Positions 44,013 to 54,063 of a stretch of DNA of 64,000 nucleotides are shown one piece after another (within the stretch, counting starts at the first letter, position 1; every line of letters begins with the position of its first letter). The translations under genes and the position numbers were made by a program. The DNA is from a virus, in IMG/VR virus record IMGVR_UViG_3300017678_000008, positions 3,792 to 67,791 of that record; one strand, 5' to 3'. Below the pieces are notes generated by a model that saw only the letters and a list, made by a program, of their open reading frames with translations, was not told the DNA's origin and made no database searches.

Positions 44013-45263
44013 ATGGCAACCAAGAACCAGACCAAACAACCCCGTAACCAGGCGCCCAAGGCCGCCGAATCGCAGACCAACGACCAGGCCGCCGCCGAGC
44101 AAGCCGCGAAAGAAGCCGCTGCTGCACAAGCCGCAGCGGAGGAAGCCGAGAAAGTAGCCGCCGAGCAGGCTGCCGCAAAAGCGAACGCGGGCAAGGACGC
44201 GGAGGAGGACGCCAAAGAAGAGGAGGGCGAATCGCTAGTCGCCCCCCAATGGAACCCGAGGGTGTTCGTCGTGGTGTTTGACGAAGAAGAAGCGCCCGGG
44301 CTGGAGCACTTTGGATGCGAGGAAGTGGCGCGGGTGACCCGCGAGGGCTACCCGGTGGTTGCCCTGCACGAAGGGGATGGGGCGTATCGCGCAATGGTGC
44401 CAGCACTTGGCCCGATGCTAACGGGAGTCGCAGCCATGAGTGTCATGGGCGCCGTGCAAGGCCTGAACGAAGCGATACCGGGCATGCTGGCGGCCCTAAA
44501 GGCAGAGACAGGCGAGGATATGCCAGTGCGGCCGGAGCCTGGATGCGTGACGGGCGCGCTCAACCTGATGGAGTACCTGGCGCAGCCGCCGTATCAATGG
44601 ACGCCGTACTGGGGGCCGAAGCAGAACAGCGTGACCGCCGAGGACCTGGCCGATGACGAGCAGATCGAAGCCGAAGAAACGGCAAGGTGCCGCACCATTG
44701 TGGACGAGGCCGCGATGCGCGTCATCCTGGCCGCGCGCAAGGGAGGCCAGAACGAGCGCCACGAGGAGCGCACCGCCACCCGCCTGACCGTGGCGACCCG
44801 CACCAACGAGGGCATTCGCTTGCGAGTGGTGGAGAACCCCGACGCGCACATGGACGAAATCCTGAACCGTCAGGCAAACCAGGGCGACCGCCCGGTGCTG
44901 CACGACCGGCTGGCCCACATCGGCAAGCGCCTGGAAACGATACGGAGCGAAATGGACGCCCGCCTCAGCAGCGTGACCGGAGCCAAGAAGTGGCGCGACC
45001 GCGTGGTGGCCGTGCTACTAGGGGAAGCGGAGCCGGAGCCGGGCGACCTGGAGAAGTTCGAGGCGATGGACCCCGCCGTAACTGGCCCGATTCGGGAACA
45101 CGTCAGCGAGTTCGAGCGCCTGGACGACGAGGCCGCGCAGATCGAGGAGCAGCTGGCCCGGATGGACAAGGAACTGGCCGCGAAGCAGCGCGTGGCCACC
45201 GTGCTGATGGATGAAGTCATCCCGGTGGACGCCGACGTAGCCATGCACCTGTACACGGTGTAA
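44013..45263 (+). CDS. Protein with HicB-like domain and coiled coil
   Basis: GAGGAG RBS; YPVVALHEGDGAYRAMVPAL...EAIPGML..LK..TGEDMP. Confidence 0.6.
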   Translation: MATKNQTKQPRNQAPKAAESQTNDQAAAEQAAKEAAAAQAAAEEAEKVAAEQAAAKANAGKDAEEDAKEEEGESLVAPQWNPRVFVVVFDEEEAPGLEHFGCEEVARVTREGYPVVALHEGDGAYRAMVPALGPMLTGVAAMSVMGAVQGLNEAIPGMLAALKAETGEDMPVRPEPGCVTGALNLMEYLAQPPYQWTPYWGPKQNSVTAEDLADDEQIEAEETARCRTIVDEAAMRVILAARKGGQNERHEERTATRLTVATRTNEGIRLRVVENPDAHMDEILNRQANQGDRPVLHDRLAHIGKRLETIRSEMDARLSSVTGAKKWRDRVVAVLLGEAEPEPGDLEKFEAMDPAVTGPIREHVSEFERLDDEAAQIEEQLARMDKELAAKQRVATVLMDEVIPVDADVAMHLYTV

Positions 45264-45272
45264 CCGCAAGCC

Positions 45273-46994
45273 ATGCCCACACCCACCCCCGAAGTTCTAG
45301 AGCAAATCGCCCACCGCATTTATGGCGCAGTGGATCCGACGTACCGCCAGCGCACCCGCAGCGCGATGGCGCGGCTGCACGGAATCAAAGGGGGTGCCAC
45401 GGACTACGGGCACATAAGTGGCCCGTGCGACTGGAAAATCTGGCCGGCGCTGCACCGTGGCACCGAGAAGGTGGGCACCGTGCAGGACTCGCTGAACGAC
45501 GCGATCAACGCCGTCAGCAAGCTGCTAAGCGTGGACCCTGAACCGAAGTTCGACGGTATCAGCGCAATGGAGGCCGAGGTGCGCCGCCAATTCTGGCGGG
45601 CCCGGTACAACGACCGCCGCAAGGGTGGCAGCTGGCACATGGCCAATATGCAGGCCAGCCTCAGCGCCTACCTGCATGGGTGGGGCGTGGCCCGCGTCAG
45701 CATGGTGACCGACACCGAGCAGATCGAGGACGTGGACCGTGGCCGCGTGAAGGGCCGCCTGTACCAGCGCGTGAGCGTGGCGAATCACCCGATTCTCAGG
45801 ACCGCGTACGACCCGAGCACCATAGACCCGTGGCAGGCCGATTTTGTGGCCTACATGGACCTGGTGCCCTTGCAGGAAGCGGTGAAACGGTGGGGCGTAG
45901 AGAACGCCGAGCTGCTGCAGAAGTGCAGCGTGAACTGGACCAAGGGCCTCGACACCCGTGGAAAGACGCGATACCACGAGGTGGTCCCGGTGGTGGAGTA
46001 TTGGAGCTGCGGCCGCGTGGACGACATGCCGACCCGCGCCGTACTGGTGGGCACGGGCACGACGGTACACGCGCTGGAGTACGAGGAGAACCCGCTAGGG
46101 GAACGCCTCAATACGGCCTGGAGAATCGGGGTCCTGATGACCGAAGTCGGCTACCCGATGGGCCGCGCTCAGCTGGCCGAGGCGCACGAGGAGCTGCTGC
46201 AGATCGTGCTGGACGACATGAAGGCCGTGGCCGAGCGGGGTGGCGCCGTGCGCGTGCTGCACAACGGAGCATTCAGCCCCGAAACAATCAGCCTGATGAA
46301 GGACGGAAGTGGCGACCCGCTCACCGTTATCGAGGCGGAGAAGTCAGTCGCCAACCTGCCGCCCGACAAACTGATTCACGACCTGCCGCCGATGAAGCAC
46401 TCGCCAGTGGTGGGCGACCTGATGACCCTGGCGCAGCGCCGTCAGCAGGTGGCGCTCAACACGAACGAGAGTAGCCGAGGCCAATTTATGGGCCGCAACA
46501 CGCCCGCGACCGCGTACGCGCTGGTGAACCAGGCGCAGCTCACAAACCAGGGCCTCGACACGTACCACACGCTCAAGTTCCTAGCGGGCCAGGTGGAGCT
46601 GGTCAGCGAAATGGCGCAGTTCGACGATTCGCCCGTGACGCTGAACATCCTGGGTGAGCAAGTGGAATTCAACGAGCCCGGCGAGGCGCAGAGCCAGATC
46701 GCCAAATGGTTCGAGAAGGAGGCCCACGTGCTGGTGAACGGCGCCAGCCTCACGAGCCAGGACGACGTGGCGCGCCAGGCCAACCAAATCGGCCAGCTGA
46801 TGCAGCTGCAGCCGCTGGTGGCCGCTGGCACCGTGGACCCCGAATGGTGGACCGAGCAGCTGCTGCACGCCATGCAGATTTTTGACACCGCCGCGCGCGC
46901 CAAGAACGCGCCGGCATCGCCGACCGCGCCGCAACCCGGCGCCATGACCCCAGAACAAAGCCCAGAAGCGGGCCAAGTACAAGCAAATGGCTGA
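45273..46994 (+). CDS. Portal protein
   Basis: Homologue of 12542-14257. Confidence 0.75.
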   Translation: MPTPTPEVLEQIAHRIYGAVDPTYRQRTRSAMARLHGIKGGATDYGHISGPCDWKIWPALHRGTEKVGTVQDSLNDAINAVSKLLSVDPEPKFDGISAMEAEVRRQFWRARYNDRRKGGSWHMANMQASLSAYLHGWGVARVSMVTDTEQIEDVDRGRVKGRLYQRVSVANHPILRTAYDPSTIDPWQADFVAYMDLVPLQEAVKRWGVENAELLQKCSVNWTKGLDTRGKTRYHEVVPVVEYWSCGRVDDMPTRAVLVGTGTTVHALEYEENPLGERLNTAWRIGVLMTEVGYPMGRAQLAEAHEELLQIVLDDMKAVAERGGAVRVLHNGAFSPETISLMKDGSGDPLTVIEAEKSVANLPPDKLIHDLPPMKHSPVVGDLMTLAQRRQQVALNTNESSRGQFMGRNTPATAYALVNQAQLTNQGLDTYHTLKFLAGQVELVSEMAQFDDSPVTLNILGEQVEFNEPGEAQSQIAKWFEKEAHVLVNGASLTSQDDVARQANQIGQLMQLQPLVAAGTVDPEWWTEQLLHAMQIFDTAARAKNAPASPTAPQPGAMTPEQSPEAGQVQANG

Positions 46995-47865
46995 CGAGAT
47001 CAGAGAGCTGGCGCAGGCCTTCATCGAGACGCTACCCGGAGGTCCAGAGGGATCAGCCGAAGGGACAGCGGGCGACGATGAAGCCGAACAAACCAGCGAC
47101 GGCGCCGAGAATGAGGGCGCCGACACCACCACCGACGACCAAGACGACGACGCCGAGACGAATGGCGAGACGGAAGGCGAAGCCGAAGGTGGCGACGACG
47201 AGAACACGACGCAAACCGAACCCAACCCCGCCCAGCAGCTGGTGGACGCATTCACGCCCGAGGGCGTGACCGTGCTGGCCGCGATGGTGGACCCGAAGCA
47301 AGCGCGCACGGCCGTGCCCCTGGTGCTGAAAACGATCAGCGAAAGCCTGGGCATCCCGATGCAGGAGCTGCTAGGAGACGCCGCCGCCGCTGGCACCGAC
47401 GTGCCCGACGACTGGGAGGACATGAACCCCGAGCAGCGACGCGCCTGGATGAAGCGCCAGGTGGAGGCCGAAGTGGAGAAAGCCACCAAGCCGATCAGGG
47501 AGCAGCAAAGCGCCCAGCAGCGCGAGGCAAGTGCCCGCAAGTGGACGGAGAACAACCGCAGCAAGGTGGAGAAGGCCCTGCGCGCCGCCAACGTGGAGCA
47601 CTACGACGTAACCCACGCTCGCCTGCTGAAGGTGGTGCGCGAGAATCCGAACGCGATGAGCAGCGTGGACGACGCCGTGCGGGCATTCATGGGCACGTAC
47701 GTGTCGCAAATTTTGAAGGTGGAGAAGGCCCGAGCGGGCCAACCCCGACAGAAAGGGCCGGAGGCCACAACCAGCGCAGCGCCTGGTGGACAGACGCGCG
47801 GGAACACGCTAGCCGATGAGGCCGTGGCCGCCGCGATGGAATCCGCAGCGCAGCGCACCCGATGA
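46987..47865 (+). CDS. Scaffolding protein
   Basis: Homologue of 14250-15125. Confidence 0.7.
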   Translation: MADEIRELAQAFIETLPGGPEGSAEGTAGDDEAEQTSDGAENEGADTTTDDQDDDAETNGETEGEAEGGDDENTTQTEPNPAQQLVDAFTPEGVTVLAAMVDPKQARTAVPLVLKTISESLGIPMQELLGDAAAAGTDVPDDWEDMNPEQRRAWMKRQVEAEVEKATKPIREQQSAQQREASARKWTENNRSKVEKALRAANVEHYDVTHARLLKVVRENPNAMSSVDDAVRAFMGTYVSQILKVEKARAGQPRQKGPEATTSAAPGGQTRGNTLADEAVAAAMESAAQRTR

Positions 47866-47890
47866 TCCCCACCCATAAGGAGACAATCAA

Positions 47891-48940
47891 GTGCCTGCCG
47901 TAACTTTCAACGACGTAGGGTTAGCCCTGCACCGAATCGCCACCCTGCACAGCCTGAAAAATGGCTGGCTTTACGACCCGCTACTGCGCGCCATCTTCGG
48001 CGACATGCTGGAGCCTGGCGACGTGGGCGACAAGACGCGCCCGACGCTCCCCAAGTTTGCCCGCGTGGACGACGAAATCGACGGCGAACTGTTCCGCTAC
48101 GACCTGATGAAGGCGCAGGCGGGATACGACCGCAGCGCGACCATCGCCGACCAAATGGGCGCCCGGAGCGTGGACACGAGCGACAAGTACGCCAAGGCGA
48201 CCTTTGAGCCGACGATGTTCCCCATCGGCGAGGACATCGCCGTGAGCAAGTTGGAGAAGATCACGGCCCAGATGCGCCAAAACAAGGGCGACCTGGCCGC
48301 GCTGGAGGCCAAGCGAATCCTGAACCGCATTCAGATCACGCTGGTGCGCGCGCTGCTCAGCACGACGACCAACACGAGCGCGGACTGTTTGAGTGGTGGC
48401 CTGCCCTATGGCATTGACGCCGCCAACACGTACGGCACCGTGGACCGGAGCGACAGCACCGGCGCCATGTTCCGGGGCCAAGTGCTGGACCTCGACAACG
48501 TGACCGATAACAGCATCCTCACGCTGGACCACCTGACCGCGATGCAGGCCGCCTGCGACAGTACGGTGGGCAGCGTCAGCCTGGTGGTATGCGGCCGCGC
48601 GATTTGGGCAAAGCTGGCGCGCAAGGTGGAGTCCTTGGCCGGCCAGGGCGCCGCCACAATGGGCGGAAACGAGCTGATGGTCGGGAAACCGCACTTCCAG
48701 TACCGTGGAATGACCTTCATTCACAGCCCGTACATCGCGGCCGACATGGTGCTCGGGCTCTGCCCCGAGTCCATTCACACCAAGGTGAAGCTGCCCAGCC
48801 TCGATGAAGGTTCATTCCAGTGGGAACGCAACCAGACGACGAAAGCGAGCTACCTGTACCAGAGTGAAATCTACTTCTGCCCCGTGGTGGAAGTGCCGGG
48901 CGCAAACTTCAAGATTCTCAGCGCCGACAACGTAGCGTAA
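47891..48940 (+). CDS. Major capsid protein
   Basis: AAGGAG RBS, GTG start; homologue of 15157-16203. Confidence 0.82.
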   Translation: MPAVTFNDVGLALHRIATLHSLKNGWLYDPLLRAIFGDMLEPGDVGDKTRPTLPKFARVDDEIDGELFRYDLMKAQAGYDRSATIADQMGARSVDTSDKYAKATFEPTMFPIGEDIAVSKLEKITAQMRQNKGDLAALEAKRILNRIQITLVRALLSTTTNTSADCLSGGLPYGIDAANTYGTVDRSDSTGAMFRGQVLDLDNVTDNSILTLDHLTAMQAACDSTVGSVSLVVCGRAIWAKLARKVESLAGQGAATMGGNELMVGKPHFQYRGMTFIHSPYIAADMVLGLCPESIHTKVKLPSLDEGSFQWERNQTTKASYLYQSEIYFCPVVEVPGANFKILSADNVA

Positions 48941-48953
48941 CGACCAGACCCAC

Positions 48954-48983
48954 GTGGCGGCCGGTTGGATGGCTGGCCGCCAC
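48954..48983 (+). other. Conserved hairpin after the capsid gene
   Basis: GTGGCGGCCGG-TTGGATGG-CTGGCCGCCAC. Confidence 0.7.
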
Positions 48984-49001
48984 CTACGACCGCCCACCAC
49001 G

Positions 49002-49664
49002 ATGGCCCACACCCTTACCTACATCCGCAAACAGGTGACGGACCTGCTCGATCAGGACCTGGACAACCGCATAGGCGACGCGCCGACCGACGCCGACATA
49101 GACGCGCAGCTGAACGAAGCCGCTCGTAAGGTCAGCACCGACGTGCGACCCATCAAGCGCCTGACGCTGGCCTACACCGATAACACCCCGACCGTGGACC
49201 TGGACGCCCACACCCCGCGAATCATGCAGGTGCACCAGGTGCAGGTAGGCGCCAGCACACTGGTGGACCACCGAGGCCGCCGCATGATTTACACCTATGA
49301 GCAGCTGGCCCTGGACCGCCCCGGATTCGAAAGCGGAGGGACGCCCGGCATCCCCACCGCCGCCGCGCAGCTGGCCGAAACCCTGTACCTGCACCCCGCG
49401 CCGACCACCGGGCAGACGATCAGGGTGGTGGCCGACGTGTACCTGGCCAGCATGCCAGCAGCGGGTGGCGACCCGGTAGACATGCCCAAGGACCTGGCCG
49501 AGGCCGTGGCCTACCACGCCGCCGTGCTGGCCGCCGAATCCCGCCAGCACATGCCCCACCAGACGAAGCGCCTGGAGGACGCCCGCGCCCGCGCCGATGA
49601 GGCAGTAACTAAGTGGCGCCGGCGCTACGACATTCAGCGGATGCAGATGGGGGTGGCCGTATGA
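49002..49664 (+). CDS. Head-tail adaptor protein 1
   Basis: Homologue of 16260-16916. Confidence 0.7.
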   Translation: MAHTLTYIRKQVTDLLDQDLDNRIGDAPTDADIDAQLNEAARKVSTDVRPIKRLTLAYTDNTPTVDLDAHTPRIMQVHQVQVGASTLVDHRGRRMIYTYEQLALDRPGFESGGTPGIPTAAAQLAETLYLHPAPTTGQTIRVVADVYLASMPAAGGDPVDMPKDLAEAVAYHAAVLAAESRQHMPHQTKRLEDARARADEAVTKWRRRYDIQRMQMGVAV

Positions 49665-50335
49665 AGGGCGTACCCATGAAGGAACTCCGCCGCCAGGTGG
49701 ACGACCGCATGGCCAGCTTTACCGGCAACCGCCACGCATTCGGGTGGCAGGACCACGCCCGCGCCCTAAACGAGGCCCTGGTGCTGGTGGCATCGCACTG
49801 CTTCATTCACGACCCCACCGTACGCCTGACGCTCACGAGTGGCATGCAGACCGTGGACCTGCAGGACCCCGAGCTGGTGACGCGCCGCGTGATTCGCCCG
49901 CTGCAGCTCAGGGTGGCCGGCCAAGACCGTGGCGACATTGTGGCCCGCACCGACCTGGAGCGGGAGGCCCCGAACTGGCGCAGCGCGCCCGAAGGACGGC
50001 CGTACCTGGCCGCCTGGTCCGGCGACCGTCATCTGACATTCGACCGCCCGGTGGACGCCGCGACGGCCGCCGCTGGAATCACGATCAGCGCCTACATCAT
50101 CCCGGCCGTAATTGGATCCGATGGAGCCGCCCGGCCGATGGGCTTCCCGACCGAGCTGGAGACGACCGGCGACACGTGGAGCGAGAACGCCGGCGCCATC
50201 GGCAACGTGAGATACACGACCACCAGCGGGAGTTGCGCAACCGCGAGCGGAAACCCGAACGACCTGGGCGCCGCCGATGGTACCGCCATCACCGCGCGCT
50301 ACCCGACGCCTGACTGCACGGACGCCATCGAATGA
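49661..50335 (+). CDS. Adaptor paralogue 2, N-terminal part
   Basis: Homologue of 16913-17587. Confidence 0.65.
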   Translation: MKGVPMKELRRQVDDRMASFTGNRHAFGWQDHARALNEALVLVASHCFIHDPTVRLTLTSGMQTVDLQDPELVTRRVIRPLQLRVAGQDRGDIVARTDLEREAPNWRSAPEGRPYLAAWSGDRHLTFDRPVDAATAAAGITISAYIIPAVIGSDGAARPMGFPTELETTGDTWSENAGAIGNVRYTTTSGSCATASGNPNDLGAADGTAITARYPTPDCTDAIE

Positions 50336-50940
50336 GTGCCATCTTCAAACTAGGAAGCCTGACCTGGCCGAGCCTCCCGGCAGGAGTTACGCCGCAGTGG
50401 ATTCGGCTGCAGACCGTTCGCACCCGCGTGGCGCATGCCGGCACGTGGACCGCCAAGTGGGTGAGCGACATAAACGCCGCCGCGCCCACCGTGTACGCCA
50501 CCGACAGCTGGAGCGCCGGCAGCATCGGCAGCTACGAAACCGTGACCAACAAGCTGCAGGCGATGGTCAGCCGCGCCGCGATGGACGCGCCCACCTTCGG
50601 CCTGATTCTCACATTCACGCCGACGAGCCCGAGCAGCAACGGAAACGCCGACCTGGACCAGCTGGTGCTGCAGGAGCGCCACACCGTGGCGGGCACGATC
50701 AGCGGGGTGGACGAGGACGCATACCCCGACATCCCCGACCAGTACGTGCGAGGGCTCACGGCCGTGGCCGCCGTGTACCTGATGGAGGGCGCCCCGGCCG
50801 TGCAGGAGCTGGCCGCATGGCTGGCCCGGTACGACGCCAACGCCGCCGAGCTGCTGAACAGCTGGCGCACCGAGAACCGCAACGCGCAGACCAGCGAACG
50901 CCCACGCCGTGAGGGCCGGTACAGCCGAGGGGTGTACTAG
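50332..50940 (+). CDS. Adaptor paralogue 2, C-terminal part
   Basis: Homologue of 17584-18195. Confidence 0.6.
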   Translation: MSAIFKLGSLTWPSLPAGVTPQWIRLQTVRTRVAHAGTWTAKWVSDINAAAPTVYATDSWSAGSIGSYETVTNKLQAMVSRAAMDAPTFGLILTFTPTSPSSNGNADLDQLVLQERHTVAGTISGVDEDAYPDIPDQYVRGLTAVAAVYLMEGAPAVQELAAWLARYDANAAELLNSWRTENRNAQTSERPRREGRYSRGVY

Positions 50941-53450
50941 TGGAGCCGATGGCCGTGCAATTCGGGCCGTTTGGGGGCGTGGTGAAGGGCGTAGCCCCCA
51001 GCCACGTCCCGGCGCCGTACGCGCAGGACGCGCGCAACGTTACCATTCGAGGGACCCGCGCCGAGCCGAGGCCAGGGTACGCGCAGCTCAGCGCCGCACC
51101 GAGTGGCCACACCGCGACGAGCCTGCTGGCCTACGTGGCCGGCAACCAAAGCGGGAGCCTGGCCGAGGAGCTGCTGACCATCGAGACGCGCAGCGGGAAC
51201 ACCCGGCCGTACAGCGTGAACGTCACCACGGGCGCGCGCACCGAAATCACAGAGGGCGGAGTCAGCCAGAGCCTGACGCCGGGCGTTTGGGAGTGCCTGG
51301 CCTACGAAGGCCGCGCCATCCTGCACCGCCGTGGCGCCGGCAGCGTGTACGCGCACACCATCGGCCAGGCCAACGACTTCGAGCTGCTGGACCAACCCCG
51401 CCCCGCCGACGCCACCGCGCCGGTGGTGATGGAGTTCGAGGACCAAGAGGAAGGCACCGAGACGCCGACCCCGCCGACGAGTTACAGCTGGTCCGGACTG
51501 ACCGCCCCGGACGTGACCGATAACGGAGGGAGCGGAGTCTGCCCCGTGGCATTCGATGCGCAGGCCAGTGACCACGTGGACATCCTGCCCGCGAATGGCG
51601 GAACCCTGTACCAGTGGTACGACCTGACCCTGGACCTGACCGGCACGACCACGGGCGCCGCCGACCTAAGCACCGCCACCGACATTATCGTGATCATCGA
51701 GCGCACGGACGGAGCGAAATGGCTGGCCCCGCCCGCGACCCCGTGGGGCTGGAGCATCGGCAGCGGAAACGCGCAGCTCTGGATCGAGAACGACGTGGCC
51801 ACCGTGGTGGAGCTGGAAAATGGCGGGGTATTCGAGGCCAATTCAGGCGGGTACCGGTACGAGCTGCGTGGCCGTATCCCCGTGGCCAGCCGTGGCGCGC
51901 AGCTCACGGTAACCGAGAAGCTGCGGCTGCGACTCCCGGGCAACGGCGACAGCAACACCGTAGCGGCCGACCGAGACAAGAAATTCAGGATTCGCGCCGT
52001 GGCCATTGTGGCCCCGGTAATCACGCCGCCGAGTAACACACTTGGCACCCCGAACGAGCGGGTGCGATTCGGCTACGCGCCGTATGATAGCCGGCGAGAC
52101 GTGGAGTCCGAGAACGTGACCGCAGGGGCCTGGATGCGCCTGGAGAGCCCGAACCGCTACGGCGCCGACGTGAGCAGCGCCGCGACGTTCTACGGCAACA
52201 CGCCCACGCTCAGCACCGACGCGCCCGGAGTGCCCGCCGACAGCGTGAGGTGGTACTACCAGCGCGCCGCAGATAACACCTGGCGCCTGCTGGCCACCCG
52301 GCCGGTAGCCGACGTGAGCATCGCCGTGACCCTGACCAAGGCCGCCCTGGACGTGTTACCGGAGCGAGTGGCCCCGGCCGCCAAACCGCTAGGGAGCCCC
52401 CTGTACGCATTCACTCACGCCGGCAGCGTTTGGTATCTGCTGGACCGTGGAACCGCAAACATCGCCATAAGCTACCAGGGCATCGGCGAGCGCCTGAACA
52501 AGGACACCGACGACCTGGAGGACGCCAGCCGTGGCGCCACGTGGACCCTGGCCGACAACGCCGGCGACGCCCCGCAGTGGGGAGCCAGCGCAGGCCAGGC
52601 CGCGATCATCCTCGGGCAGCGCGGAGCTTATTCGATGTTTGGCCTGACGCCCACCACGATGACGCCGCCGAAGAAGCTGGCCGAAAGCAGGGGCGTGTAC
52701 GGCCGCGCGGCCGCGCGCTGGCGCCTACCGAACGGACAGCCGGCCGTCATCTACCTGGCCGAGGACCGAAACCTATGGCTGGCCTACGCCGCCGAGGGCG
52801 TGGCGGGTGACGCCGGGGGATACGTGGAGGAAGTCAGCCCGCTGAACCGTGGCCTGGTGGCCGAATGGCTGCAAATTACGAGCGCCACCGACCCGATGAC
52901 CGTGGCCCTGGCCGTGGACCCGGTGGCAGATTCTTGCTGGATTGTGAAAGGCACCCGCGCCGTGGTGCTCAGGGCGCCCGCGCTGGTGGACGGACAGCGC
53001 CCGCTGGAGCTGATGGAATACGCCGGCAGCGGCTGGACGCATGCCTGCACCGACCCGCGCCGAGGCGTGCGGCTGGCCAGGGTGAACGGAGCGCTCGACA
53101 CGCTGGAGCGGCACCCGACGACCTTCGAGCCGCTGGTGGGCACCAATCGAGACGGAGGCACCCCCATGCCCGAAGCGCACTACACACCCGCGCGAATCGT
53201 AGCGCCCCGCGCCCGGATGCAGCGCGTGAAGGTGATGCGCCCGGTGGAGGCCGACACGGTGGCCGTGACCGTGACGAGCAAGGAGAAAACGGCAACGAGT
53301 TACACCATCGCGGGCGGACGCCGAAGCGTGAGGACCAGCCAGAAGCAGATCGGCGACTGGCACGACGTGAAGCTGACCATGCAGGAAGGGCATGGAGGCA
53401 TTGACCTGGTGGCCGTGGAACTTTGGCCGCTGCACCCGAACAACCCGTAA
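50940..53450 (+). CDS. Tail nozzle / stabilisation protein
   Basis: Homologue of 18192-20711. Confidence 0.7.
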   Translation: MEPMAVQFGPFGGVVKGVAPSHVPAPYAQDARNVTIRGTRAEPRPGYAQLSAAPSGHTATSLLAYVAGNQSGSLAEELLTIETRSGNTRPYSVNVTTGARTEITEGGVSQSLTPGVWECLAYEGRAILHRRGAGSVYAHTIGQANDFELLDQPRPADATAPVVMEFEDQEEGTETPTPPTSYSWSGLTAPDVTDNGGSGVCPVAFDAQASDHVDILPANGGTLYQWYDLTLDLTGTTTGAADLSTATDIIVIIERTDGAKWLAPPATPWGWSIGSGNAQLWIENDVATVVELENGGVFEANSGGYRYELRGRIPVASRGAQLTVTEKLRLRLPGNGDSNTVAADRDKKFRIRAVAIVAPVITPPSNTLGTPNERVRFGYAPYDSRRDVESENVTAGAWMRLESPNRYGADVSSAATFYGNTPTLSTDAPGVPADSVRWYYQRAADNTWRLLATRPVADVSIAVTLTKAALDVLPERVAPAAKPLGSPLYAFTHAGSVWYLLDRGTANIAISYQGIGERLNKDTDDLEDASRGATWTLADNAGDAPQWGASAGQAAIILGQRGAYSMFGLTPTTMTPPKKLAESRGVYGRAAARWRLPNGQPAVIYLAEDRNLWLAYAAEGVAGDAGGYVEEVSPLNRGLVAEWLQITSATDPMTVALAVDPVADSCWIVKGTRAVVLRAPALVDGQRPLELMEYAGSGWTHACTDPRRGVRLARVNGALDTLERHPTTFEPLVGTNRDGGTPMPEAHYTPARIVAPRARMQRVKVMRPVEADTVAVTVTSKEKTATSYTIAGGRRSVRTSQKQIGDWHDVKLTMQEGHGGIDLVAVELWPLHPNNP

Positions 53451-53454
53451 GCAC

Positions 53455-54063
53455 ATGTTAGGAACCGTTATCTCAGGAATCGCCGGCCTGGCCGGCCTGC
53501 TGCAATCTCAGCGCGCCAACCGCGACGCCAACCGCCTGCAAAGCCAAGCACTCAGCGTATCCGACCGCCAGATGGAGCTGGCAGAGCAGTACGCCGCCAA
53601 CTCCGAGGCATACCGTAAGGAGATGCTGAACTGGGTGAACGACCTGGACGCTCAGGGGGCATACTCCGCCGACGCGCAGATCGAGCGCGGCCGCCAGGAC
53701 ATCGCCGACTTCGAGCGCCGAGGTATGAGCGCCGTGAACAGCAGCCGGCGAGCCGGTGGATACCGCGAAGGCGACAGCGTGGTGAACGAGCAGGAGGACC
53801 GCGTGGCCATCGAGGCGCGCCGGGCGCTCGCTGCTTTGCGGCCGATGCTGGAGCAGCAGGCCCGCCAGGAGGAGATGCAGGCGCGGATGGCGCTCAGCCC
53901 CGACCTAAACCTGGCCAGCCTGGCCCAAAACGCCGCAGGTATGCAGATGCAGGGCCGCATGATGATGAGCAACGCCGTACGCGCCCAGGCAGGCAACCCG
54001 TTCGCAGCCATCGCGGGCCTGATGCCGCTGCTGCAAGGGAATAAGACCGGGAGCGGGTCGTGA
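53455..54063 (+). CDS. Ejection protein 1
   Basis: Homologue of 20718-21323. Confidence 0.6.
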   Translation: MLGTVISGIAGLAGLLQSQRANRDANRLQSQALSVSDRQMELAEQYAANSEAYRKEMLNWVNDLDAQGAYSADAQIERGRQDIADFERRGMSAVNSSRRAGGYREGDSVVNEQEDRVAIEARRALAALRPMLEQQARQEEMQARMALSPDLNLASLAQNAAGMQMQGRMMMSNAVRAQAGNPFAAIAGLMPLLQGNKTGSGS